A DNA stretch of 64,000 nucleotides. Origin: Octopus sinensis (lineage: Eukaryota). Location of the stretch: NCBI RefSeq assembly GCF_006345805.1, contig NC_043002.1, positions 8,122,001 through 8,186,000 of the forward strand, in the 5' to 3' direction. Both the position numbers and the translations under genes were made by a program. This document shows positions 33,901 through 46,700 of this stretch, piece by piece. Within the stretch, counting starts at the first letter, position 1, and every line of letters begins with the position of its first letter. A model generated the notes under the pieces. It had not been told where the DNA came from. It made no database searches and worked only from the letters and a program-made list of their open reading frames with translations.

Positions 33901-36900
33901 ATAATTTCTAGGTAACTAAAAAATGTTAAACTTCGTATACTGGTAGAATGTGTTTATTTTTTTTTTTTTTCTTGGCTTTATTGAGAAAATTCTGTAGTTT
34001 GTAAGCTATTTGTTGTTTTTTTTTTCTTCAATTTCAGCAATTTCAACCAATCAATGACGTCTATTGAGGTGAAAACATTCTGTGCCGTATGAATATGTCC
34101 CTTGTTCAAGAAACAGATGGGGTTTATTTACATTTCTGAAGAAAAAAAGATACCCTTCCCCCACCCCTAACCCTAAAACAGATTGAAATGCAATAGATCG
34201 ATTCTAGGGTCATAATTATGGGTGACAATTTCAGAAACCGCTAGTAAAAAACTGCCGTTCAAAAAGAAAAGATCCATATAAACATAAAAAAAAGAGCAAA
34301 GGAGACAACTCAGATGAATCTGCTTACACGAGTTACCTCCCACGACGGAATTTTTTTTTTTTCCTTTTTTCCCCCGACTCACAAAATACAAAAGGCAAAG
34401 CTAACAATGGCAGGATTTGAACAGAAAGAAAAGACAACCAGAACAGATCCTATGCTCTGATCGCTCAGCAAATTCACCATCGCATGAGAGCCAATATCAA
34501 AAGCACCGGATGACCATGTGATGGTGTTCAATGAAGCACTGGTTTAAATCTTCCCCTCAAGAAAATGTCATTTCAATAAGACTCCACATAGTTTTCGTCT
34601 ACAGAGTTTCAATCAAGCGATACTGAACAAGCTGAGGTTACAGCACAAGAAATTATGTGGTGGATTATGAGTTGTAAAGCAGAAATCTTAACTACACAGC
34701 TATGCTGTGCATTTAGACAGACTTTACAGTCTTTAGAAGGACATAACAGAAAAGTACTCTCTCTCACACACACACATATATATATATATATAAGGGTAGA
34801 GTTGTTAAACATTGGGCAGAATGCCTGATGTTATTTGTTCCAACTCTCTGCACTCTAGTAATCCTGCAAACCAGCCCTTTCCATTTTAACAGCAACACCT
34901 TCCACACCACTCATGCCTTCCCTTGGACAGCAGCAGCAGTGGAGGCGCAATGGCCCAGTGGTTAGGGCAGCGGACAAGCGGTCGGAGGATCGCGGTTTCG
35001 ATTCCTAGCCAGGGTGTTGTTTGTGTTTATTGAGCGAAAACACCTAAAGCTCCACGAGGCTCCGGCAGGGGATGGTGGCGACCCCTGTTGTACTCTTTCG
35101 CTCCAACTTTCTCTCACTCTTTCTTCCTGTTTCTTGTCCCCGACTTCCTACGCAACCGCTGAGCCTGGATGCGCATTCATCCATCCGTCGATGCTCTCGG
35201 TGTCGGGTGTTGACCTGCTTTCTCTTCTGCGGGTCTTACGAATAGCAAAGGACCACGTTTTGGACTTCTCCCACTAATGGGACGAAGACCGCTTCGCTCA
35301 ACAAACAAACAGCAGCAGCATAACAAAGAGAGTCTTCCAAGCATGAGCTGTTGTAAATCCAAGCCTCCATACAGATGCAAATAAACGGTTGACCCCAGTT
35401 GATGGTGACTTGGGATGGACATGTACTTAATAGCTTTGTTCATAGAGGGCTCTCTTGAGAATAGATAATGACATCTGATTCACTATCAAGTCCAGTGTCG
35501 AGTTGGCGGCGAGCTGGCAGAAACATTAGCATGCCGGGCGAAATGCTTAGCAGTATTTCATCTGTCGTTACGTTCTGAGTTCAAATTCCACCGAGGTCGA
35601 CTTTGCCTTTCATCCTTTTGGGGTCGATTAAATAAGTACCAGTTATGCACTGGGGTCAATATAATTGACTTAATCCGTTTGTATGTCCTTGTTTGTCCCC
35701 TCTATGTTTAGCCCCTTGTGGGTAATAAAGATACAGAATGTGTCGAAAGACATTGGCATTCCTGACCAAATAGTTATAGAATAAACGAGTAAATAATAAC
35801 CGCATGCTTATTGGAAAAGATAATTCAAATATACAATTTATATATATGTATAACGTGGCACATAAAAAGCACCATCCGTTCGTGGCCATTGCCAGCACCG
35901 CCCAGACTAGCCTCGTGCTAGTGGCACGTAAAAAGCACCATCCGTTCGTGGCCGTTGCCAGCGCCGCCCCAACTGGCCTCATGCCGGTGGCACGTAAAAA
36001 GCACCATCTGTCCGTGGCCGTTTGGCAGCTCTGTCTGGCACCTGTGCAGGTGGCACGTAAAAAGCACCCACTACACTCACGGAGTGGTTGGCATTAGGAA
36101 GGGCATCCAGCCGTAGAAACACTGTCAGATCAGACTGGGCCTGATGCAGCCTTCTGGCTTCCCAGACCCCAGTTGAACCGTCCAACCCATGCCAGCATGG
36201 AAAGCGGACGTTAAACGATGATGATGATGATGATATGCTGTCTTAAGGAAATAAAAACAGGACAATTTACTCGTAGATAGACAAGAAATTAGATTGTTGA
36301 TCATAGGTCTGTTCTGTTAGGGGATCTTTTCAGTTTGAAATTGTCACCCATAATTATGACCCTAGTATCGATCTATTATATTTCAATCTGTTTTAGGTTT
36401 AAGGTTAGAGTTAGGGTTAGGGGTAGGGGGAAGGGTATCTTTTTTCTTCACAAATGTAAATAAACCCAATCTGTTTCTTAAATGAGGGACATTATCATAC
36501 GGCACAGAATGTTTTTTTACCTCAATAGACGTCATTGATTGGTTGAAGTTGCAGAAATTGAAGGAAAAAAAACAACAAATATCTTACAAACTATAGAATT
36601 TTCTCAATAAAGCCAAGAGAAAAAAGATGTTTTATAAACACATTCTACCAGTATACGAAGTTTAAAAGTGTTTAGTTACGTGGAAATTATTTTAAAAACT
36701 GCTGTTCAAACTGAAAAGATCCCTATTAGGACAGACATGGATCAAATAATGAACTACGAGATACACTAATAAAAAAAAATACTGATTAAAAAGGACATTA
36801 ATGTTCATGTAAGACTTGGGAACAGAACGTTTGGATGCTTTGTGTATCAATGAAGAAAGGGAGATAATACAGGTAAGGGAGATAACTTTTACTGTTTCTT

Positions 36901-39900
36901 TTTTTCCCGAGATTAGATGGCGTTTTAGGCAAACTTTCTCTGGTCAGATGACGTTCCTGTCACACATATTTCTCATTGGCTAGACATATTTTTCACAGGA
37001 AACCGAAGCAAACAATGCTTTTATGATGGTGATGTTCATTTTACAATCATCAAAGGAAGTCGGAACAAGGGAACACAAATATATATATACACACATACAC
37101 AAAACACACTAAATCATAAATAAGTGTATATATATATATATATATACACACAAACACATACTGTTGTAACTCTTGGAACATCAACAGGTAACCCGTGAAT
37201 GAAATTCTCAGGGCCGTTGTTCACTGGACGGAAAAAGTGTCGAATCAGAGAAAGAAATCGGGGAACATCTTCTTCCATCAGGAAAAGACAAGCATTTGGT
37301 CCAGCATCGAATGTGTAGGCAACCTAAAACGAAATGAGATAACACTATTAACAACAACTACTACATCAGAGAGAGAGAGAGAGAGAGAGATAGAGAGAGA
37401 GAAAGAGAGAGAGAGTGCGTGTCTATTTACAGAAAGGTTATATGGCTGTCTAGCTTAATCAGCTGCCACTTTTGTGTGTTCCCACCTAGTTTTGGGTACC
37501 TTCAGTGGGATCCATACTGTTGGAAGTATTTGGGCTAGGTTTAACTTAATCCCACAGGGGAAGGTGGTCTCCATTTTTCCATACATGATCACTTATTTTG
37601 AAGGGGTGGCATGTTTCGCCTTTGTGCCTGGAATCGAACTCAGAATCTTGGGGTTAAGTAAGCCCATGAGCAATTATGGAGTGAATTTTAGGGCTTATAA
37701 ATCTAATAGTTTCCTATCCTTCCTTAATACCGGCTCCCATACGCTGCTCATATCTGCACTCGGTCTGCTTAGGAGGTTGTTGTGTCCTAACATATGTGCT
37801 GCTTCTTTTAGTTTTCATATTTTCCAGTGGTGTTCTCTATTTATTATTTTAACTTAAAGTTCGAAGGGCGTGCTTCACCACTTCGTCCAAGGTTTTCCTT
37901 AAATCCTTATTTCTTCATCAGTCCCAACAAATTGTTTTAATGACCTATTTTTTACTGAGAGTAGAGGTTAAATGATGAATGAAAGAACGTGTGTGTGTGT
38001 GTGTGCATGCATACATGCATGTATGTATGTATGCTTGTTTGTACTTATGTATATACATACAGAGAGAGAGAGAGAGAGTTAATGTTTTTTTCCTTTCTTA
38101 CCTTCAAACGTTCACAAAGCTTGTTGAAACGATGCACAAGTGCTATAATTTGGTCCGAAACTTCTGTTAAATAGCCAATAGGTGGGTAGGTATCTAAACA
38201 TATCGCATGAAACTGGTTGCTTTCCTGGGAAAAACAAAAAAATAAAACAAAGAAGAAAGATTACTAAACAAAAGTTTTTAATTAAAACAACAGCAATAAA
38301 AACAAAAGTAATAACGATGATGGTGGGTTTTTACTTTTTTCTTTTTCTTAAATTTATACAAAACAAATTTTCTTTCAGGAGTATCATCATCATCATCCAA
38401 ATCAAGTCTAGCACCAGCTGTTAATTATGATAATGAGTCTCTAGTGCCGTCTTGACTGGCTTCCGTGCCGGTGGCACGTAAAAAGCACCAACCGATCGTG
38501 ACTGTTGCCTGCCTTGCCTGGCACCTGTGCAGGTGGCACGTAAAAAGCACCCACTACACTCATGGAGTGGTTGGCGTTAGGAAGGGCATCCAGCTGTAGA
38601 AACACTGCCAAATCAGACTGGAGCCTGGTGCAGCCTTCTGGCTTCCCAGATCCCCGGTCGGACCGTCCAACCCATGCCAGTATGGAGAACGGACGTTAAA
38701 CGATGATGATGATGATGAATAATTTTTTAAATAGACACAAGGCTTCAAGTTTGAAAGAAGGGAATTGTCGATTATATCAACCCTGATACTTGACTGGTAC
38801 TTGGTTCCTTAAGAGAATTAGAGACCATACTGAAATAATTAACAATTGAACTGAAAGCTTTTCTGCGAAACATAAATTATTTGGTGGTAATACAGTAGAA
38901 GGAATGAATCATTCAAAACTACATTCCATCTAATTTCACTGTCAAAAATTGATGAATAGACATCATCATCATCATCGTTTAACGTCCATTTTCCATGCTA
39001 GCATAGGTTGGACGGTTTGACCGGAGTCTGGGAAGCCAGGAGGCTGCACCAGGCTCCAGTCTGATCTGGCAGTGTTTCTACAGCTGGATGCCCTTCCTAA
39101 TGCCAACCACTCCGTGAGTGTAGTGGGTGCTTTTTACGTGCCACCGGCTGGCAACAGCCACGATCGGTTGGTGCTTTTTACATGCTACCGGCATGGAAGC
39201 CAGTCAAGGCAACGCTGGCATCAGCCACGTACAGATGGTGCTTTTTACATGCCACTGGCACAGGTGCCAGGGTAGGCTGGCAACGGCCACGAACGGTTGG
39301 TGCTTTTTACGTGCCACCAGCATGGAAACCAGTCAAGGCGGCACTGGCATCGACCATATACAGATGGTGCTTTTTACGTGCTACCAGCACAGGTGCCAGG
39401 GGAGCTGGATACATTATACCAGGAAGAAAAAGTAAGGATGATAAACTGCAAGAATTCCAGTCAAAAGATGAAAACGGCATATTGGCTAAATGCCATTTTT
39501 TATAGCCTTGGTTCAACCCATACCTTGTTAGTGGAACTGGGCAGAGAGAAACCATTAAATGGACTGTAAAACCCATTAAATGGCTGGTACCTTTGAATGG
39601 ATGGCAGAATCAGACAGTTTGTATATAGTTACATATCAAGGTGTTACAACTTGAACTTACAACTACGTGTTATGTGTCGTTCAGTCTATCACATGTGTGC
39701 GTGTATGATGGTTAGTTCTGACTGGTTCTTTTCTGAGCGTAATCGTTGCCAGAGCAGCCAACTGGCTTCCATTCCAGTGGCACATAAAAGGGCACCATTC
39801 AAGCGTGATCGTTACCAACGTTGCCTTACTGGCACCTGTGCCGGTGACATGTGTAAAAAGATTCGAACGAAGTCGTTGCCAGTACCGCCTGACTGGCCCC

Positions 39901-40693
39901 GTGCCGGTGGCACGTAAAAAGCACCCACTACACTCTCAGAATGGTTGGCGTTAGGAAGGGCATCCAGCTGTAGAAACTCTGCCAGATCAAGACTGGAGCC
40001 TGGTGCAGCCATCTGGTTCGCCAGCCCACAGTCAAAATCGTCCAACCCATGCTAGCATGGAAAGCGGACTTTAAACGATGATGATGATGAAAACCTGCTC
40101 TAAATTGTTTTGCAACAATAAATGTCTTTTTTTAAGCCAGTCTTATCCACAGCGTGCGTTTGGTGTTCTGTTTTCTTTAGGCTATGGCCTGAATTACATA
40201 TTACTGCAATAAGGGTGGTACTTATTACAAGGAATATTCTATTTATTACACTCTCAATAACAAACATTTTATACAATTTCATGTGACAGCAAAAAGAAGC
40301 ATTGAAATTTACCTTCATGCAAATCTGAGCAAACTTCTCAAAATCTTTCTCTGCAATGGATGCCCGCAGTTCTGCTAGTCTACGAGGTACGATGCACTCC
40401 ACCCGAGAGCGTAGTAATTCACTGGTGTTTACACTGTTTTGCATACCAAGTGTGCTGCTAACGGTTTTCGGTTGTTCACTGACGACCAACAGTAATGCCC
40501 TTAATTCTGGCCAGTGGTCACAGGGAGCAATCTGTCTGGCCAGTGAGTCTGATCCATCGCTGCAATGCCCTAAATCCCATTCCACAAAGCCACCGTACAT
40601 ACTCCGGCAGGCACTTCCTGAGCCTAACCTGGAGAAGAAAAACAATAGGTTTAATGATGAAACATCCACAGCTTACAAAGAGAAATAACAGAT

Positions 40694-40728
<35 letters not shown>

Positions 40729-41858
40729 TTTATGAGAGAGCACTGGAAAAGGACAAAAGCAGTGCACTTTTACATCATATCATATCTATAAAAGGCATGT
40801 GTGTGTGCGTGCGCGCATGTGTGTGTGTGTGTGTGTATGTACGTGATTGCAAATTTATGCACATCCACAAATTACCACGCATGTCGCTCAAATTTTAGGA
40901 CATTCGTCAACACCTTATCTGGGTTTTGTCAACTTATTTTTTTTTTCCCAAGACACCCACGGATAGTGGTAAAACTCTATTTTCAGTCATAGCTTTTAAC
41001 CATAAAAAATATCAGCCATAGCTTTTTGACGGTGTCTAACAAAAAAAAAAGATGAAGTAAAGTGGAAGAAGGAGACAGAGAGTTTCACAGGAAAGACAAA
41101 GTGAGAGAGGGAGAAAGAGAGAGTAAGTTGTGACATTCATAAAAAATAAAATGTAAAATGTTTTGTTTTTTCTTAAACACGAGATATAGTGTTCAAATTC
41201 AGGATGTTTTTGAAAGACACTATATTTTATAATCATAGTATATATACTTTCTCACACAACAATTACAATATATTTAATTTAAATCATTTATTTATTTTAA
41301 TCGTTCGTCTTTCTCTCCCCTCTCTCTCTCACACATATATTACTTTGGGTGCGAAAGAGTTTTGCTTTTACTTTACGCCAAGTAAAAAAGTGTTTTGTTG
41401 AGAGTCGATATTACTTAGTTTCGTTTGAAATAAAGAACTTGATTAGCTTAATAATCGTAACTTAATCCCAGGCAAGGCCGGGTTATACTGCTAGTTGATA
41501 ATAATTTAATATGATATTCAATAGGACTTTTACTTACAAAAAAATTTAATATTGAAGTAGCAAGTAACCCAAATTTTAAAAAACAGAAAATGCAGTCCTA
41601 GAAATGTGGCAGAAGCTGGTACTTGTAGTGGTTTAATCTGACAGCCCCACCCAGAATGTGTAACTAATAAAACTAAAATAGTAAATGTATAAATAAAGCA
41701 AGTCACCTGAATAATATACCTGTATATTTGGTTCATGTAAATTGAGATGGAGTGATATTTTAAAATTTAGAAATTTGCATATTATTGGAACAGGTGCTTT
41801 GGTACTTGGCTTATCCTGCCGACTGTAAAATCTATCAACACCTCATTTCCACCTCACA

Positions 41859-41897
<39 letters not shown>

Positions 41898-43758
41898 CTA
41901 ACTACTATTAATACTACAGTTTGGTTTCCTTAGAGTTTCATGTGAATAATTTTTTATCACTTTCAAAACTAATTGAAACACATAAGCAGAGTATTTCAAT
42001 ACAAATGTAGTCACAAAAAGGTTAAGCATTCCAAAGTCTTACCTGGCAATGCCAGAGAGATCACCTTCTACTTCAAACAGGTTAGCCATTGCAGCAACTA
42101 AAAGGTAAAAACAGTTTAATAGGTTAGGTTTGTTCAGAGACAAAAAAAATCATCATCACCGTTTAACGTCTGCTTTCCATGCTAGCATGGGTTGAACGAT
42201 TTTGACTGAGGGCTGGCGAACCAGATGGCTGCACCAGGCTTCAATCTTGATCTGGCAGAGTTTCTACAGCTGGATGCCCTTCCTAACACCAACCACTCTG
42301 AGAGTGTAGTGGGTGCTTTTTACGTGCCACCAGCACAGGGCCAATCAGGGGGTACTGACAACAACCTCGCTCAAATCTTTTTCACATACCACTGGCACAA
42401 GTGCCAGTAAGGCGACGTTGGTAACGATCATGCTCGAATGGTGCCTCTTACATGCCACCGGCACAGAGGCCAGATAGCCGCTCTGGCAACAATCACGCTC
42501 AGATGGTGCTCTTAAAACCCTACTAGCACGGGGCTCGAGTGCCAGTAATGCGACGCTGATAATGATCACGCTCGAATGGTGCCTTTTAAGTGCCACTGGC
42601 ACAGAAGCCGGGTAGCCACTCTGTCAATGATCACACTCGTATGGTGCTCTTTGCACCCTGCAAGCATGGACGCCAGTCATCGAATTTGATTTTGATTTGA
42701 ATTAAAATATTTAAATTAAAATGTTCCATCATAAAAACTTTCCATTAAGAGACATTTCACACAGAAATTTTACGACAAAGTTACCTGCATTACTAAATAT
42801 CTTCAAATTCTTGAATCTTTTCAAAATAAATTGAAACTCAACGCACAGGCTGTGTATATTATTAGAAATGTGGTCACAAAAGGATTTTTAAAATGGAGAT
42901 GATCTTACCTAAGCAAGAATATCCTGCAGCAGATGACGCTAAACCGGCAGAAACAGGGAAGTTGTTCTCGGAGCAAATATGAAGATGCCAGTTTAACATG
43001 TCCTCTTTGTTAGCTTGGCCATTTTTCTCGCCATTACACCGAAACGCTCGATGCTTAACTGGAAAAAAAATAAATAAATCACATGTAATATGTATACATC
43101 AGGCAAGTGCTGTCAGTAATTACTCAGAGTAGGCAGTTGGCGACCTTTATGTAGTAAAACATACAAAAAATAAGCAAAACACAGACGCGTGACTGAGTTG
43201 AAGGCAGATCTATTCCTGCCTTTATAGCACGTAGAGAAAACAGTGTTGTAGGACTGTATGCAGCATGTGTACTACAGCAGTATTATGCGTAGCTTAAATA
43301 TTGAGATTGAAAAGCAGGGGCGAATTATGCCTACCTAATCTACAAAAAATAAAACATTTTGCATTTTAAGCATAGCAATCAGAGTAACCTTCATAATTTT
43401 ATTGAATTAGGTGCATATTTTGCCATGAGAGGAAAATGTTGCTATCGATCTATTTTATTCGAGGTAGGCACTGCCTACCTAGGCAGCACATGCCTGATAT
43501 GCATAGTCATACACACATAATATATAAACACACATTCTTTTACTGGTTTCACTCATTGGACTATGACTATGCTGTGGAACCACCTCGAAGGACTTCAGTT
43601 GATTCCATAAACAGCAGTACACTGCCAAGCCCTGATTTTGTCAATTCCATAAGAGAGAAAGGAAATATTAGGTTGTTTATAAAGTGACATATTCAGAATA
43701 TACATACATATATACATATATATATATATTACATATATATATATACATTTATATAAAT

Positions 43759-43791
<33 letters not shown>

Positions 43792-46700
43792 CATACATAG
43801 ATTTTGATTGGCTTGGAGCTATAGCAGAAGACACTTGCCCAAGGTGCCACACTATAGGACTGAACTCAAAACCATGTAGTTTGGAAACAAACTTGTTAAC
43901 CATCAACCATTCTACAAATACAAGCACTTCATTATAGTTAATTAACTAATTAATTACCAATGCATGTTTTTTTTTAAGAATGGTATGATACGCCCAAAGC
44001 GGAAAAATATCTGTTTCAACACAGGATTTCACATCAAGAATCAGGTAAAACCAACACAAAAATGTAATAAATTTATCTTCTACTGCAGAAATTATAAAAC
44101 AACTTACTTTTACGGATGATATTCTGTAATCGAGGATTATCAGGGTTTTGTTCTCTGTGGAGATAGAAGCAAATGGAGCATGTGTTAAAATAACAATGAA
44201 TGAAGAGCAAAGTGGCTATAGGGCTAAGGGGCTGGATTAGTGACCACATGGTCTTAAGTTCAGATCTTACAATGGTTGTCATTGTTGTTTGTTTTTTGCC
44301 TTATTTACTGGCCAAAGGTGGGAGGTCAGCACCCTTGACAGAGCCTCCAAATTTGGTAAAAACAACTCTTTAGCATTTAGATTATTGTCAAATGCAATGC
44401 TTATTTATTCACATCCTTTTGTATTAATCATGGATTATCTTGAAACTTAAAGATTTTAATCAAATTTGATGACTTGTGTCCGTGCTAGCGGGGTACAAAG
44501 GGTACCATACGAGTGTGATCATTGACAGAGCTGCTAACCGGCTTCTGTGCCAGTGGTACTTAAAAGGCACCATTCAAGCGTGATCGTTACCAGCGTCGCC
44601 TTACTGGCACTCGAGCCCCGTGCTAGTAGGGTGCTAAGAGCACCATCTGAGCGTGATCATTGCCAGAGCGGCTATCTGGCCTCCGTGCTGGCGGCACATA
44701 AAAGACACCATTCGAGCGTGATCATTACCAGCATCACCTTACTGGCACCTGTGCAGGTGGCATGTGTAAAAGATTCGAGCAAGGTCGTTGCCAGTACCAC
44801 CTGACTGGCCCCATGCCAGTGGCACGTAAAAGCACCCACTACACTCTCGGAGTGGTTGGCATCAGGAAGGGCATCCAGCTGTAGAAACTCTGCCAGATCA
44901 AGAGTGAAGCCTGATGCAGCCATCTGGTTCGCCAGCCCTCAGTCATTCGTCCAACCCATGCTAGCATGGAAAGCGGACGTTAAATGATGATGCTGTCCTC
45001 ATTCATACACATCACATGACCAAACCAGTCTGCTTTTTTAAAGTGGCAGAGAGGATGCTTCTTCTGAGACTCCAACATTTTTTTTCATTTCTTACATTAT
45101 TAGAGCTTTTATGAATTATTTTCGATAAAGTAATTGGTTTAGTAGTATAAAAAATTCTTTGCAATGTTGCTTTGTCAAATAGTAGTTAACTTCACTGTGG
45201 CCTTCCAATGTAAAAGACTTCTTAACTTTTGTACTAACAGTTGAGAATAATAGTTCTTTAGTGAAAGTAGTGGCAACACTGAATAATTGAGGAATGTTCC
45301 ATTCCCTTATAGGGGTGACAGCTAAATCTCCTTTGGGAAACTTACTTTACAATTTGCTTAATGCCTGGGAAACTAAGGGTCCTGTCCAAACCTCTTGCAC
45401 TGAATTCTCTTCTGCATACCATCCGTACCCTACTCCTCAAAGCTGTACCCCTCAGGAAAACCATCATTTTTAATGGCTTAGAAGAGGAAAGACAGCACCC
45501 ATAATCTTTTTTAAGGTCTTCAAGAATGGTGGGAGAAATAAAGTTAACCTCAGACCAGAGACCCAGCTCAGATGATTGCAACAGAATTAACTCCACTAAA
45601 GGCCGATGCCAGCGCCGCCTCGACTGGCTTCTGTGTCGGTGGCACGTAAAAAGCACCATCCAAATCGTGGCCGAAGCCAGTGCCGCCTCGACTGGCTTCC
45701 ATGCAGGTGGCACGTGAAATGCACCCACTACACTCACGGAGTGGTTGGCATTAGGAAGGGCATCCAGCTGTAGAAACATTGCCAGATAAGACCGGAGCCT
45801 GGTGCAGCCTTCTGGCTTCCCAGATCCCCGGTCGAACCGTCCAACCCATGCTAGCATGGAAAGCGGACGTTAAACGATGATGATGATGATGATGAAAGTC
45901 ACCAAAAAGCTTGTTGGTGTTGTTAAACTGAACTCAATTTCTTTGAGACATTGAACATCAAATACCTCAATCCTCCCAATGTAAACAGGACTTGCAACAG
46001 GTATGAACTACTGCCCTATCTTTCTCACACTAAATAATAAAAGTACTATTAATTCAAAAGGTAGGACTAAAACAAAATCTCAAGTACCACAAAAGATGTT
46101 CTGATTTTGAAACAATGAAACTAAAGATAACACACCTCAATCAATCGAAAAAGGTTTTACATCTCTCCATAGGAAAGATTATTTAGGGAGAGTCTGATGT
46201 TATAGCACAGTTAATGGGTCTGAAAACCCAGACATTTGCATAAATATTTGGAATGAATTTTATACCTGAATGCAGTTCTTAAAACAAAACCAGTCAACCA
46301 CAAAAATAATGATGGCTGCTATATTTCAATAAGATGAACTGAAGCAATGAAAGCAATTTATGTGTCAGGCAGAAAATAAAAAGCAAAACGCCTACGTAAA
46401 GTAACATATCAAACACTTAATAGAGAAGTATTAGAAGTCGGTATGTTAGAAGATAAATTAAAGAAGGTAGGTTGTCAGAATTAATAGAGCAACAGATAAA
46501 ATGCCCAATAACATTTAGATATATCCTATTACATTCTAGGTTTAAATACCAGTATGGTTAAACTTTGCCTTTTATCCTTCAAAAGATGATTAAAGTCAAG
46601 AAGTGGGGACAATATGCTCAACCGTTACCTTCCTTTTAAATTCCTTACTGGCACTTGAGCCCTGTGCTAGTAGGATATTAAGAGCACCATCCGAACGTGT

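Noticed and set aside
34951-35025. tRNA gene
   Set aside because: A and B boxes are present but there is no complete cloverleaf or acceptor stem; it continues into a SINE body with a TSD. The same applies to SINE A and B heads.
35380-35460. [10 protein letters not shown] as MVD exon 10
   Set aside because: No suitable donor in phase; 33113-33178 has canonical splice sites and the expected length.
36900-36960. ESLPK-containing frame as the MVD terminal exon
   Set aside because: It lacks the VGxGP motif; the true last exon is 30744-30824.
37900-37925. CTGATGA on the minus strand as a hammerhead
   Set aside because: No stem II followed by GAAA, and no stem I partner.
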